Below, piece after piece: positions 5,239 to 14,441 of a stretch of 64,000 nt of DNA. Made by a program: the position numbers and the translations under genes. Location: NCBI GenBank assembly GCA_036825545.1, contig DAISYB010000020.1, forward strand, positions 11-64,010, in the 5' to 3' direction. The notes beneath the pieces were generated by a model. The model was not told the origin of the DNA. It saw only the letters and a list, made by a program, of their open reading frames with translations, and did no database searches. This DNA is from Crocinitomicaceae bacterium. GTDB lineage: Bacteria > Bacteroidota > Bacteroidia > Flavobacteriales_D > Crocinitomicaceae. Positions within the stretch are counted from its first letter, which is position 1. Each line of letters opens with the position of its first letter.

Positions 5239-6239
5239 AGATCTCCGCTTCCATCTACAGCGATAAGAAACGTCCTTTGAAGGAAGTGATCGAAGATCTG
5301 GTACAACATCAGGTAGATCTTCTTCATGTTGATTGCAACGATGATCTTAGCGTCTTTGAAGACATTGCGCTTATTCGTGAATTATGTGCACTTCCCATCG
5401 ATTTGCACATCATAACAAGTGATCCTGAAAAATATTTCCCACTCCTTCGCCAGCATCCGGTTGAATATGTCACTTTTCAATACGAAGACCTGACAAATTC
5501 CCTTAAACTACCGGCTGACATCTCCGGAAAGAAAGGCTTAGCGATCATTACGCCTACTCCAGTAGATGTTTTTGATGACTATGCTAACTTCGATTTTATT
5601 CTGATCATGGCAACCATTCCTGGACAAAGCGGTGGCGTTTTCGACAAGATCAATTTCTCGAAGATCAGACAGTTTAGAAAAAAATATCCGAATAAATCCA
5701 TCCACGTCGATGGCGGAGTAAATGGTGAAGTATCTTTCATCCTGCGCAACATGGGCGTGAGTTCCTCCGTTTCCGGATCCTATTTATTCAACGCACCAAG
5801 TATCGGACATGCACTGATGAATCTGACCAAACGGGAGATCGAATCACAATATCATGTTGAAGATTTCATGATTCCAATTGAAGAGTGCCCGGTTGTCCGC
5901 ATCGAAGCCATCAGCCTGAAACACATTCTGGAAACCATCGAACGCGGCAACCTCGGATTTTGTCTGATAACTGATCAGGAAGGCGATCTGCGTGGAATTG
6001 TTTCCAGTGCAGACATCCGCAAGGCAATGCTCAGAAAACTGGATTTTTTGCAAACTATCGAGCCGTTTGACCTGATCAACACAGGCCCTCAAACTGTGGC
6101 TAACGACGCTACTGTTGTGGAAATGCTACAACTCATCAAGAAATGTAATTTCCCTATAATGTACTTACCCGTGTTAAAAAAGGAGCGAAAAGCAGTCGGA
6201 ATTGTTAACTTTGTTCACCTCATTAAGGGAGAAATATGA
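5235..6239 (+). CDS. Ribulose-phosphate 3-epimerase-like TIM barrel fused to a C-terminal CBS pair
   Basis: Rpe-like blocks are LLHVDCND, PIDLHII, LIMATIPGQSGGVF, IHVDGGVN and VSGSYLF. The usual MDGHFVPN loop is replaced. The C-terminal ~120 aa look like CBS domains (GIVSSADIRKAML, AVGIVNFVHLI). Confidence 0.7.
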   Translation: MKISASIYSDKKRPLKEVIEDLVQHQVDLLHVDCNDDLSVFEDIALIRELCALPIDLHIITSDPEKYFPLLRQHPVEYVTFQYEDLTNSLKLPADISGKKGLAIITPTPVDVFDDYANFDFILIMATIPGQSGGVFDKINFSKIRQFRKKYPNKSIHVDGGVNGEVSFILRNMGVSSSVSGSYLFNAPSIGHALMNLTKREIESQYHVEDFMIPIEECPVVRIEAISLKHILETIERGNLGFCLITDQEGDLRGIVSSADIRKAMLRKLDFLQTIEPFDLINTGPQTVANDATVVEMLQLIKKCNFPIMYLPVLKKERKAVGIVNFVHLIKGEI

Positions 6240-7234
6240 TCATACACCTCAATAAAGACATATCTAAGGATCGAGCGGCAGCGTTGGCTGAACAGATCAA
6301 AGCATTTCACATTGAAGAAGATGGTATCCAGGTACTGATCACAGGTTCAGGTGTAAAAGAGGTTCCCGCAGCTGTGGCAGCATTCACTGAGAACCATTGG
6401 GTTTTTGCAAATGATTTGCAATTGGCTTCAAGCAAATACAAAAAAGAAAAACGCACGGTACAGATCGGCAACATAACGATTGGTGGTACGAGTGGAAATA
6501 CATTGGTCATTGCCGGACCTTGTTCGGTTGAGTCCGAGGAGCAAATTCGTCAATCCTCCCAATTATTGGTAAAGAACGGATTAACAACCCTTCGAGGCGG
6601 ATGCTACAAACCAAGAACAAGCCCCTACTCTTTTCAGGGACTCGGAATTGAAGGATTGCGTTTGTTGTCAAAAATGCGTGAAGAATTTGGTTTAACGATC
6701 ATCACTGAAGTGCGTGATGCGACTCAAATTGCGGAAGTGATCGAATATTCTGATGTCATTCAGGTTGGTGCTAAAGCCATGTATGACCAAGGTATCCTGC
6801 GAGCGTGTGCGAAGACACAAAAACCGGTATTGATCAAGCGTGGATTTGGGACGACACTCCAAGAATTCGTTCAAGCCGCAGAATTTGTTCTTTCAGGTGG
6901 AAATCCAAATGTGATTCTTTGTGAACGCGGAATACGCACTTTCGAAACAGGAACACGTTTTACGCTTGATCTATGCGGAGTTGCCTGGTTACAGGAATAT
7001 ACTAACTTACCAATTGTTCTCGATCCTTCTCATGCCATGGGTTATGCCTATGGTGTGCCGGCCCTTTCGAAAGCATGTACCGCAATGGGAATTGATGGAT
7101 TGCTGATAGAAGTTCACCCTGATCCTAGTGTAGCCAAATCGGATGCTTCCCAACAATTGGATCACGCGCAATTCGAAAAATTGCTAGGTGAATTACAACC
7201 CGTAGCTCAAAGTGTTGGTTATCAAATCGTATGA
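6236..7234 (+). CDS. 3-deoxy-7-phosphoheptulonate (DAHP) synthase, type I-beta, with an N-terminal regulatory-type extension
   Basis: LVIAGPCSVESEEQ, RGGCYKPRTSPYSFQGLG, VLIKRG, and IVLDPSHA. KPRTSP is of the DAHPS type rather than the KDO8PS type. An ~90-aa N-terminal domain precedes the barrel. Confidence 0.8.
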   Translation: MIIHLNKDISKDRAAALAEQIKAFHIEEDGIQVLITGSGVKEVPAAVAAFTENHWVFANDLQLASSKYKKEKRTVQIGNITIGGTSGNTLVIAGPCSVESEEQIRQSSQLLVKNGLTTLRGGCYKPRTSPYSFQGLGIEGLRLLSKMREEFGLTIITEVRDATQIAEVIEYSDVIQVGAKAMYDQGILRACAKTQKPVLIKRGFGTTLQEFVQAAEFVLSGGNPNVILCERGIRTFETGTRFTLDLCGVAWLQEYTNLPIVLDPSHAMGYAYGVPALSKACTAMGIDGLLIEVHPDPSVAKSDASQQLDHAQFEKLLGELQPVAQSVGYQIV

Positions 7235-7911
7235 TAGTGCTCGAGCAAAATATCAAAGGACTGTGTGCGCGTCACGGCATTGAATACAACGAATTCCTCA
7301 ATGACCTTGATGTGGACAATGTTCACGAACTCACAATTTACGACTTACAGGCCGTAAGTGAAGAATACAATGTTGATTTGCTTTCTTTGCTTTTCAAACC
7401 TATGTTCAGAAAGGATCTTTGGTCGAAGAAAACAGAAAAGATTAAATTGCTGATCATGGACGTTGACGGTGTCATGACCGATGGAGGTATGTATATTACT
7501 GAAAACGGCGATCACATCAAGAAATACAACACCAAAGACGGAATGGCGATTCAGTTTCTCCGCAAAAATGGCATTGAACCGGGCATTATTTCATCCGGAT
7601 TCTTTCCCAAAATGGTGAGTACACGAGCAAAAATGCTCGGCATAGAAAAATGCTACATTGGTCGTGAACCAAAAATGGAAATCTTACATCGTTTTTGTGA
7701 AGAACTATCCATCCAATTGGATCAAGTTGCTATTGTCGGCGATGACATCAATGACCTGGAGATCATTAAAGCTGTCGGACTTTCCGCTTGTCCTTCGGAT
7801 GCCGTGAACATGGTAAAAACGAACGTCGATATTATCTTGTCAAAAAAAGGAGGCGAAGGTTGCATACGCGAATTCATTGACAATTACTTACTGAACAACC
7901 CCATTCAATAA
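7231..7911 (+). CDS. kdsC: KdsC-family HAD phosphatase (3-deoxy-ulosonate phosphate phosphatase-like) with a ~70-aa N-terminal extension
   Basis: MDVDGVMTDGG, KDGMAI, SSG, VGDDINDLE, and GGEGCIREF match KdsC family blocks. The symbol denotes the family only; the physiological substrate is uncertain. Confidence 0.7.
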   Translation: MIVLEQNIKGLCARHGIEYNEFLNDLDVDNVHELTIYDLQAVSEEYNVDLLSLLFKPMFRKDLWSKKTEKIKLLIMDVDGVMTDGGMYITENGDHIKKYNTKDGMAIQFLRKNGIEPGIISSGFFPKMVSTRAKMLGIEKCYIGREPKMEILHRFCEELSIQLDQVAIVGDDINDLEIIKAVGLSACPSDAVNMVKTNVDIILSKKGGEGCIREFIDNYLLNNPIQ

Positions 7912-7925
7912 TAGCATTAAGAATT

Positions 7926-9146
7926 ATGGAAAAGATCAAAATCGGATTAATACGTGAAGGAAAAGTTCCACCAGATCATCGTGTACCTTTAACGCCAAAG
8001 CAATGCAAGGCAATCCAGACACTTTATCCGAATGTTGAAATCATTGCTCAAAGGAGCCCTATCCGCGCTTACAAAGATGAAGAGTATACCGCTGAAGGAA
8101 TTCGTTTAGCTGATGAACTTTCCGATTGTGACATTATTCTTGGTGTGAAAGAAGTGAATATTGATGATCTGATTCCGGAGAAGAGATTCATGTTTTTCTC
8201 ACATACAATCAAGAAACAACCTTATAATCGTGAATTGTTGCGTGCGATTCTTGCGAAAAAAATCGAATTGATCGATTACGAGGTGATCAAGGACAAGCAC
8301 AATAAGCGTTTAATCGGTTTTGGTCGTTACGCCGGAATTGTTGGATGTTACAATGGATTTAGAGCCTATGGATTGAAACACGGTTTATACGAGTTGAAAC
8401 CGGCAAACCAGTGCAAGGACCGCAAAGAAATGGAAGCTCAATTGGTCAATGTAAAATTACCTGCTAATACCAAGATCGTTTTAACCGGATTCGGTCGTGT
8501 GGGTCATGGTGCAGTTGAAGTAATCGATTTGCTGCCAATCAAAGAAGTGACACCGGAAGAATTTTTGTCGAAAGAGTTTGACAAGCCTGTATTCACCCAT
8601 TTGGAGGCAGAGGATTACTTTGGTCGTAAGGATGGAAAACCATTCGTGAAAGAGGAATTCTATTCATCACCTGAATTGTTTAAATCTACGTTTGATCGTT
8701 ATGTTTCCAAAGCTGACATGTACATTCCTTGTCATTTCTGGAACTCAAAATCACCTTACATTTTGACGCGTGAAGATTTAGCACGTGCAGATCGACGAAT
8801 TTCTGTCATTGCGGACATCAGTTGCGATATTGCCGGACCAATTGCGAGTACATTGCGCCCAAGTAAAATTGCAGACCCTATCTACGGTTATGATCCTGAA
8901 ACAGGTGAAGAAACAGATTTTATGAATGATACTGCTGTTGCAGTTATGGCTGTAGACAATTTGCCATGCGAATTACCACTGGATGCTTCAGAAGATTTCG
9001 GAAATGAACTTTTGAAGCATGTACTGCCCGCTTTGTTGAAAGACGATCCTGATAATATTATTGGAAGAGCAACAGAAACGACAAAAAATGGTACTTTAAC
9101 CGAATACTATAGTTACTTGCAGGACTTTGTAGACGGAAAAGAATAA
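7926..9146 (+). CDS. Alanine dehydrogenase/PNT-family oxidoreductase (saccharopine dehydrogenase-like)
   Basis: The N-terminus IGLIREGKVPPDHRVPLTP and the Rossmann motif VLTGFGRVGHGA are typical of the LKR/saccharopine-dehydrogenase-like AlaDH/PNT family. Confidence 0.6.
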   Translation: MEKIKIGLIREGKVPPDHRVPLTPKQCKAIQTLYPNVEIIAQRSPIRAYKDEEYTAEGIRLADELSDCDIILGVKEVNIDDLIPEKRFMFFSHTIKKQPYNRELLRAILAKKIELIDYEVIKDKHNKRLIGFGRYAGIVGCYNGFRAYGLKHGLYELKPANQCKDRKEMEAQLVNVKLPANTKIVLTGFGRVGHGAVEVIDLLPIKEVTPEEFLSKEFDKPVFTHLEAEDYFGRKDGKPFVKEEFYSSPELFKSTFDRYVSKADMYIPCHFWNSKSPYILTREDLARADRRISVIADISCDIAGPIASTLRPSKIADPIYGYDPETGEETDFMNDTAVAVMAVDNLPCELPLDASEDFGNELLKHVLPALLKDDPDNIIGRATETTKNGTLTEYYSYLQDFVDGKE

Positions 9147-9149
9147 AAA

Positions 9150-10475
9150 ATGCTGATCAAAGGAGATAAGAAGGTCATTCGTGGTTGGGTCTTTTACGAC
9201 TGGGCGAATTCGGTCTACAACCTAGTGATCTCCTCCGCGATCTTCCCTATTTTCTACGAGAATATTACCACAGCTCGTTACCTTGAGAAGCATGGACTAA
9301 GTGAACTTCCTGATGGAGAACACGTCACCGTCAATTTCTTCGGTTTCGAATTATCTTCCTCCGTATTGTTGTCATGGGTACTTTCTGCTTCCTTTTTGGT
9401 GGTAGCATTCTTATCTCCTATGTTGTCCGGAATTGCCGATTTCTCAGGAAACAAGAAGCGTTTTATGCAATTCTTTTGTTATCTGGGAGCTGTTGCTTGT
9501 ATTTCACTGTATTGGTTCAAAACTGTTCCACTTGAAATTGGAATGATCTCTGTTTTCCTTGGGAGTATCGGATTTTGGAACAGTTTGGTGTTCTACAATG
9601 CCTTTTTACCGGAAATTGCTGAACCAGAAGATCACGATCGCATTTCAGCTAGAGGATATTCTATGGGGTATTTTGGCAGTATGATCTTGTTACTCATTTG
9701 TTTGGTGATTATTATGTTCATCGATCCTATTTACACCAGTGTAAGTTTCATTCTTGTGGGTATCTGGTGGATTGGGTTCAGTCAGATCACCTTCAGCGTT
9801 ATTCCGAACAACGTTTACAACAAACCCAAGCAGAGCGACATTCTCCTAAAAGGCTTCAAAGAATTAAGGAAGGTATTCAAAGAATTTCAGGGCACCTACC
9901 GTCTCAAGCGCTATTTGAGATCCTTTTTCTTCTTCAACGCGGGTGTACAAACAGTAATGTTGTTGGCTGTGATCTTTGCTAAAAAAGAGATCGATTGGTC
10001 AAACGGTGGTGGTGACTCAGGATTGATCATTGCCATATTGTTGATTCAGATTCTAGGTGCTTTGGGCGCATTTGTCATGTCGCGAGTTTCAGGATGGATT
10101 GGCAACATAAAAACCTTAGGGATTTCAGTTGTCATCTGGATTGGTATCTGCTTTTCGGCATTCTTCGTGAACACACCGGTAGAATTCTACTTCCTTGCAT
10201 CTGCAGTAGGATTGGTGATGGGTGGAATTCAGGCTATTGGACGATCAACTTATTCCAAATTTCTCCCTGAAACACAAGATCACGCCAGCTACTTCTCATT
10301 CTATGATGTTGCAGAAAAGATTGGAATTGTGATCGGTACCTTTAGTTTTGGATTGTTTGAAGCCCTCTTCGATTCAATCCGTTATTCCGTGATCGCCGTT
10401 GCGATCTTCTTTATCCTGGGTCTGATCATGTTGTTCTTCGTGCCGAAAGAGGAACGGGTATCAGTACCACAATAA
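9150..10475 (+). CDS. MFS transporter, UMF1/Atg22-like family
   Basis: The N-terminus RGWVFYDWANSVYNLVISSAIFPIFY is characteristic of UMF1. About 12 hydrophobic segments are present. Confidence 0.75.
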   Translation: MLIKGDKKVIRGWVFYDWANSVYNLVISSAIFPIFYENITTARYLEKHGLSELPDGEHVTVNFFGFELSSSVLLSWVLSASFLVVAFLSPMLSGIADFSGNKKRFMQFFCYLGAVACISLYWFKTVPLEIGMISVFLGSIGFWNSLVFYNAFLPEIAEPEDHDRISARGYSMGYFGSMILLLICLVIIMFIDPIYTSVSFILVGIWWIGFSQITFSVIPNNVYNKPKQSDILLKGFKELRKVFKEFQGTYRLKRYLRSFFFFNAGVQTVMLLAVIFAKKEIDWSNGGGDSGLIIAILLIQILGALGAFVMSRVSGWIGNIKTLGISVVIWIGICFSAFFVNTPVEFYFLASAVGLVMGGIQAIGRSTYSKFLPETQDHASYFSFYDVAEKIGIVIGTFSFGLFEALFDSIRYSVIAVAIFFILGLIMLFFVPKEERVSVPQ

Positions 10476-10517
10476 AGGTATTTTTAAGCCATTTTAATCT
10501 TCATATTAAGCGAATGT

Positions 10518-10525
10518 TAATTTTG
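10518..10525 (+). promoter_or_regulatory. Candidate -7 box TAATTTTG
   Basis: TAnnTTTG match 20 nt upstream of the ATG at 10546. Confidence 0.35.
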
Positions 10526-10545
10526 TAGCGTTAAACAACGTTATT

Positions 10546-11118
10546 ATGAGAGCAGACTCTTCGTATTCGCTAGTGTACCGCATTATGCATTGGGCTATTG
10601 CTTTGTGCATGCTTTTTCTTTTACTTACCATTTTCCTTCGTATGGGTTGGATGAATAAGAACCACATGGCGGATATCATAAAGGAGTATCTGAGTACAGA
10701 GTCTCAAATTCAATTGGACGATGAACAATTGATCACCTTAGCAAAGAAGATCCGTAAACCCATGTGGCTGTGGCACACGTATGCCGGTTATGTCTTGGTT
10801 GGGCTCTACTCCATTCGCTTATTGTTACCATTCTTTGGTGAAATGAAGTTCAGAAATCCTTTAGACAAAACACTAAGTGCGAAAGAGAAATTTCAATTCT
10901 GGACCTATCTCGTTTTTCATGTTTGCGTTGTTATTTCACTCGTAACCGGACTCCTCATTATTTGGGGCTCAGATGCAATTCATGAAACCGCAGAAGAAAT
11001 ACACGTACTTTCAATCTACTACTTGTTGACCTTTATTTTCTTGCATTTTGGCAGTATCCTCTTCGAAGAATTGAAGGGAAATGGGATTGTTTCAAAAATT
11101 ATTGGTGGATCTAAGTAA
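10546..11118 (+). CDS. Cytochrome b561 / Ni-Fe hydrogenase b-type cytochrome family membrane protein
   Basis: Four hydrophobic helices with conserved His residues (RIMHWAIA, WHTYAGY, HVLSIYY, FLHFG). Confidence 0.6.
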   Translation: MRADSSYSLVYRIMHWAIALCMLFLLLTIFLRMGWMNKNHMADIIKEYLSTESQIQLDDEQLITLAKKIRKPMWLWHTYAGYVLVGLYSIRLLLPFFGEMKFRNPLDKTLSAKEKFQFWTYLVFHVCVVISLVTGLLIIWGSDAIHETAEEIHVLSIYYLLTFIFLHFGSILFEELKGNGIVSKIIGGSK

Positions 11119-11130
11119 GTTGATTCCAAG

Positions 11131-11904
11131 TTATTGTGGAGCTTTCAGTACAAAATGTTCTTTTTCCTGTATTTTTCGTGGCAAGAGAATTCCAACCCTA
11201 AACAAATCTATACTTACGTGATAATCCTGTGATTTCACCAATTCGTCAAATGCTTTCTTCATCCCGACACTCCAACGAATATCATCCAAAATGAAAAAGG
11301 TTTCGTCATGAGTATGTTCTTTCAAGTGCTCCAAGTATCTCTTGAGCGCTTCACCGTCATGATGTCCATCTATAAAAACAAAATCGAATTTCGGACCGGT
11401 ATACTTTTCTAAAAAATCTGAAAAAGTGGTATTGTGCGTTTGAATGGACGTAAATCCAAGTCGTTCAAATTGTTCACGTGCCACATTTAATGTTTGCGGA
11501 CAGGCTTCGATCGTCTGGATAGTTGATGCGGGATTGGCTAAAGCCATGGCCAGAGTACCCGAGCCGAGTGAAGTTCCTAATTCGAGAATCTGCGACGGTT
11601 TGTAATACTTTACCAATCGGTACAATAAATTGGCATATTTACCCTTTGTTGCGGAAATGCGAAAGATTTTTTCCACTGTTCTCTCTGACCCGAAATGTTT
11701 TGAACCGGCGCCGGCATCTACGACTGAAAGTACGCGGTGATCTTTGCTCAAGCGAGCTGAATAGTCTTGCCGAATTTGTTTGTGATCAGCTGAAATGAGC
11801 GTTTGAAAACAACGATCCACCATTTCATACACAAAAGGAGAATGCAATCCATGCCTTCCCTTCGCATTCCATTTGTACGTGATGAATTCGCTTAGATAAT
11901 TCAC
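11131..11904 (-). CDS. Class I SAM-dependent (O-)methyltransferase
   Basis: Motif I is ILELGTSLGSGTLAMA. DFVFIDGHHDGEA is typical of family-3 O-methyltransferase-like proteins. Confidence 0.75.
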   Translation of the reverse strand: MNYLSEFITYKWNAKGRHGLHSPFVYEMVDRCFQTLISADHKQIRQDYSARLSKDHRVLSVVDAGAGSKHFGSERTVEKIFRISATKGKYANLLYRLVKYYKPSQILELGTSLGSGTLAMALANPASTIQTIEACPQTLNVAREQFERLGFTSIQTHNTTFSDFLEKYTGPKFDFVFIDGHHDGEALKRYLEHLKEHTHDETFFILDDIRWSVGMKKAFDELVKSQDYHVSIDLFRVGILLPRKIQEKEHFVLKAPQ

Positions 11905-12227
11905 TCTTCCACTTTGCTTAACTCCTGTAAAATTAACCCGACTTCAGGACATTCATAGCGTGTAGTAAAATTTCTGATGAAAATAGTTACCATCTATTTA
12001 CAATATCGTCCTTTAAATAATCAAAGTAATTCTTTTGTGTCCACAGACTTGTGTAGAGCATGTCCACAGATTATCGCATCAAACTAATATTATTTCAAAA
12101 GTCATTTTACATAGCGTGTAAAGAACATGGTGGATCTTTTGTCAGCTTATAATAATAAAAATTCTACTTCACTGCAAAATCATGGTTCATTCACCAAGGA
12201 TCTTTTTATTTTTACGGCATATTATTT

Positions 12228-13643
12228 ATGTCAGATATGCAGTGGCAGCCAACAAATGAGCAGATTGAGCAACAAAAAAAAGCCGTTTTCGGACCGAATC
12301 CAAGTGTTCATTTGAATCGTCCTTGCAAGATCAATGAAGGAATTCTACGAATTGAATCCGAAGAACGCACTCAGTTGATCAAATACTTTGACAAGCGTCA
12401 ACCACAACTCACATTTTTCATTCCTGCTTCGGGTTCAGGCTCCAGAATGTTGGAATTTCTCTATGTATTTCAGTCGTTGGCAGAGAACGAGATTGAACCC
12501 ATGATGGAGCGCTTTCTCAATTCATTGGAAGAATTTGCTTTTTTTCGTCAACTTCCTGAAACAGTAAGAGCAAGCATTCAACAAGAAGGAATTGATCTAG
12601 GAAATTTGATTGACAGTATATTAAATCCATCCGGACTTAATTTGGGACAATCACCAAAAGGGTTGATACCTTTTCATAAGGTCGGACCTTTCATTCTTAC
12701 TCCTTTGCAAGAGCATTTGATCCAGGGTTGTTTGCTCACACAATCGAATCCGAACTTTCACTTTACTATTCAACGTGAATTTGAAGAAGAATTTCAACGG
12801 ATCATTCAAAGTACAACTGCTTTGAGTGGCACAGCATATAACGTGGAATTTTCTGAGCAATCCATTCAAAGTAACTCAGTCGCATTCACGGATGATGGTG
12901 AGCCTGCGCGCAACAAAAACAACGAAATAATTACGCGTCCTTCTGGTCATGGAGCGCTTTTGCCTTTGTTGAATACTATTGAAAGTGAAGTGATTTTAAT
13001 CAAGAACATCGATAACATTCAACATTACACCAAGTCCACCGAAAGTGTAGAGATTTGGAAAGTTCTTTCCGGCTTATTGTTACAATTCAGAAATGAAGCA
13101 AAAGCACTTCACATGAATCCATCAATAAAAGGACTCATCGAATTGAATGATAAATACCAACTTTTTGATTCCAAAGAACTGGAAAACGTTCATGATGAAG
13201 AAGCTATTCGTAAACTAATAGATCGTCCAACACGCGTTTGTGGGATGGTCAAAAATGAAGGTCAACCCGGTGGCGGGCCATTTTGGATTGAACGTTCAGG
13301 GAAAATTACCAAACAAATTGTTGAAAAAGCACAGATCAGTTCAGATAGTAATCAGCGTTCCTTGCTATTGAGAAGTACACACTTTAATCCAGTGATGATC
13401 GCACTTTCTCCACTTTCCTTGGAAGCTACGAAATTTGATTTGATGAAATACCGCGACGAAAACACCTATTTCATTGTTAAAAAAACCTCGGAGGGACAGA
13501 ATATTCGCTACATCGAGCAACCGGGACTTTGGAATGGCAGCATGGCCAATTGGAATTCAATCTTTGTGGAAATACCTAATTCAGTTTTTAGCCCGGTTAA
13601 AACAATTCTGGATTTACTCGATCCACTACATAAACCACACTAA
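12228..13643 (+). CDS. Conserved hypothetical protein (DUF4301-like; possible UDPGP-type nucleotidyltransferase fold)
   Basis: 471-aa intact ORF. FIPASGSGSRM resembles the glycine-rich loop of sugar-1-phosphate nucleotidylyltransferases. The family assignment is from memory only. Confidence 0.4.
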   Translation: MSDMQWQPTNEQIEQQKKAVFGPNPSVHLNRPCKINEGILRIESEERTQLIKYFDKRQPQLTFFIPASGSGSRMLEFLYVFQSLAENEIEPMMERFLNSLEEFAFFRQLPETVRASIQQEGIDLGNLIDSILNPSGLNLGQSPKGLIPFHKVGPFILTPLQEHLIQGCLLTQSNPNFHFTIQREFEEEFQRIIQSTTALSGTAYNVEFSEQSIQSNSVAFTDDGEPARNKNNEIITRPSGHGALLPLLNTIESEVILIKNIDNIQHYTKSTESVEIWKVLSGLLLQFRNEAKALHMNPSIKGLIELNDKYQLFDSKELENVHDEEAIRKLIDRPTRVCGMVKNEGQPGGGPFWIERSGKITKQIVEKAQISSDSNQRSLLLRSTHFNPVMIALSPLSLEATKFDLMKYRDENTYFIVKKTSEGQNIRYIEQPGLWNGSMANWNSIFVEIPNSVFSPVKTILDLLDPLHKPH

Positions 13644-14441
13644 TCAGCGTTTGTTTATTGGTATAAAATCTTCAGTTTTTCCAGCCTGCCATGTTTTCAT
13701 ATGCATTTCCGAACCGTCAAAATAGGCAAAGGTGTTGTAGCGCAACCAATCACCCAAATTCGTGTAGTGTGACGTCTTATTCGAGAGTTCGATCTGTAAG
13801 GGAAGGTGTCGGTGACCAAAAACAAAATGATCTACCTCTTTTTCTTTGAGTTGTTCTTCACAATAGATATATAACCATTCATTTTCATTTCCTTCAAACT
13901 GCTCATCCGCTTGACCTGTTGCGGCGCGACTTGAACGAGAGGAATAATTCGCCAACCAAATGCCAAAATTCGGATGCAAACGGGCAAATGCCCATTGGCA
14001 CAAGCGATTCTGAAAAACCTTTTTCAGAAATTTATAGCCTTTATCACCGGGTCCCAAACCGTCTCCGTGACCAATGATGAGTTTTTTTCCATTGAATTCC
14101 CGTTCAATTGGTTCGCGGTACAAGAAAAAACCCAATTCCTTTGGGAGATAATCAAAGATCCACATGTCATGGTTTCCGGTAAACACATGAACCGGGATTC
14201 CAGCATCCGTCAACTCAGCAATTTTTCCTTGTAAACGAACAAAACCTTTGGGAATAGCATGCTTGTACTCAAACCAGAAATCAAAAATGTCACCTACGAG
14301 AAATATTTCATGAGCAGTTGGACGGATGTGCTCCAGCCAAGCAACAATTTCCTTTTCACGCGCTAAACTTTTCTCGTAATTTGGAACGCCTAAATGAAAA
14401 TCCGACGCAAAATAGATATGTTTCCCTTCCGGAAGTTGCAT
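13644..14441 (-). CDS. lpxH: UDP-2,3-diacylglucosamine diphosphatase
   Basis: Calcineurin-like metallophosphoesterase motifs: FASDFHLG, GDIFDFWFEY, GNHD, and GHGD. Confidence 0.8.
   Translation of the reverse strand: MQLPEGKHIYFASDFHLGVPNYEKSLAREKEIVAWLEHIRPTAHEIFLVGDIFDFWFEYKHAIPKGFVRLQGKIAELTDAGIPVHVFTGNHDMWIFDYLPKELGFFLYREPIEREFNGKKLIIGHGDGLGPGDKGYKFLKKVFQNRLCQWAFARLHPNFGIWLANYSSRSSRAATGQADEQFEGNENEWLYIYCEEQLKEKEVDHFVFGHRHLPLQIELSNKTSHYTNLGDWLRYNTFAYFDGSEMHMKTWQAGKTEDFIPINKR

Noticed and set aside
9698-9982. A 94-aa ORF in an alternative frame inside the MFS transporter gene.
   Set aside because: It is embedded in a gene with clear UMF1-family features, and its translation does not look protein-like.
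12127-12315. A 62-aa ORF overlapping the start of the DUF4301-like gene.
   Set aside because: It lies in an alternative frame of an AT-rich intergenic region and gene start, with no support.
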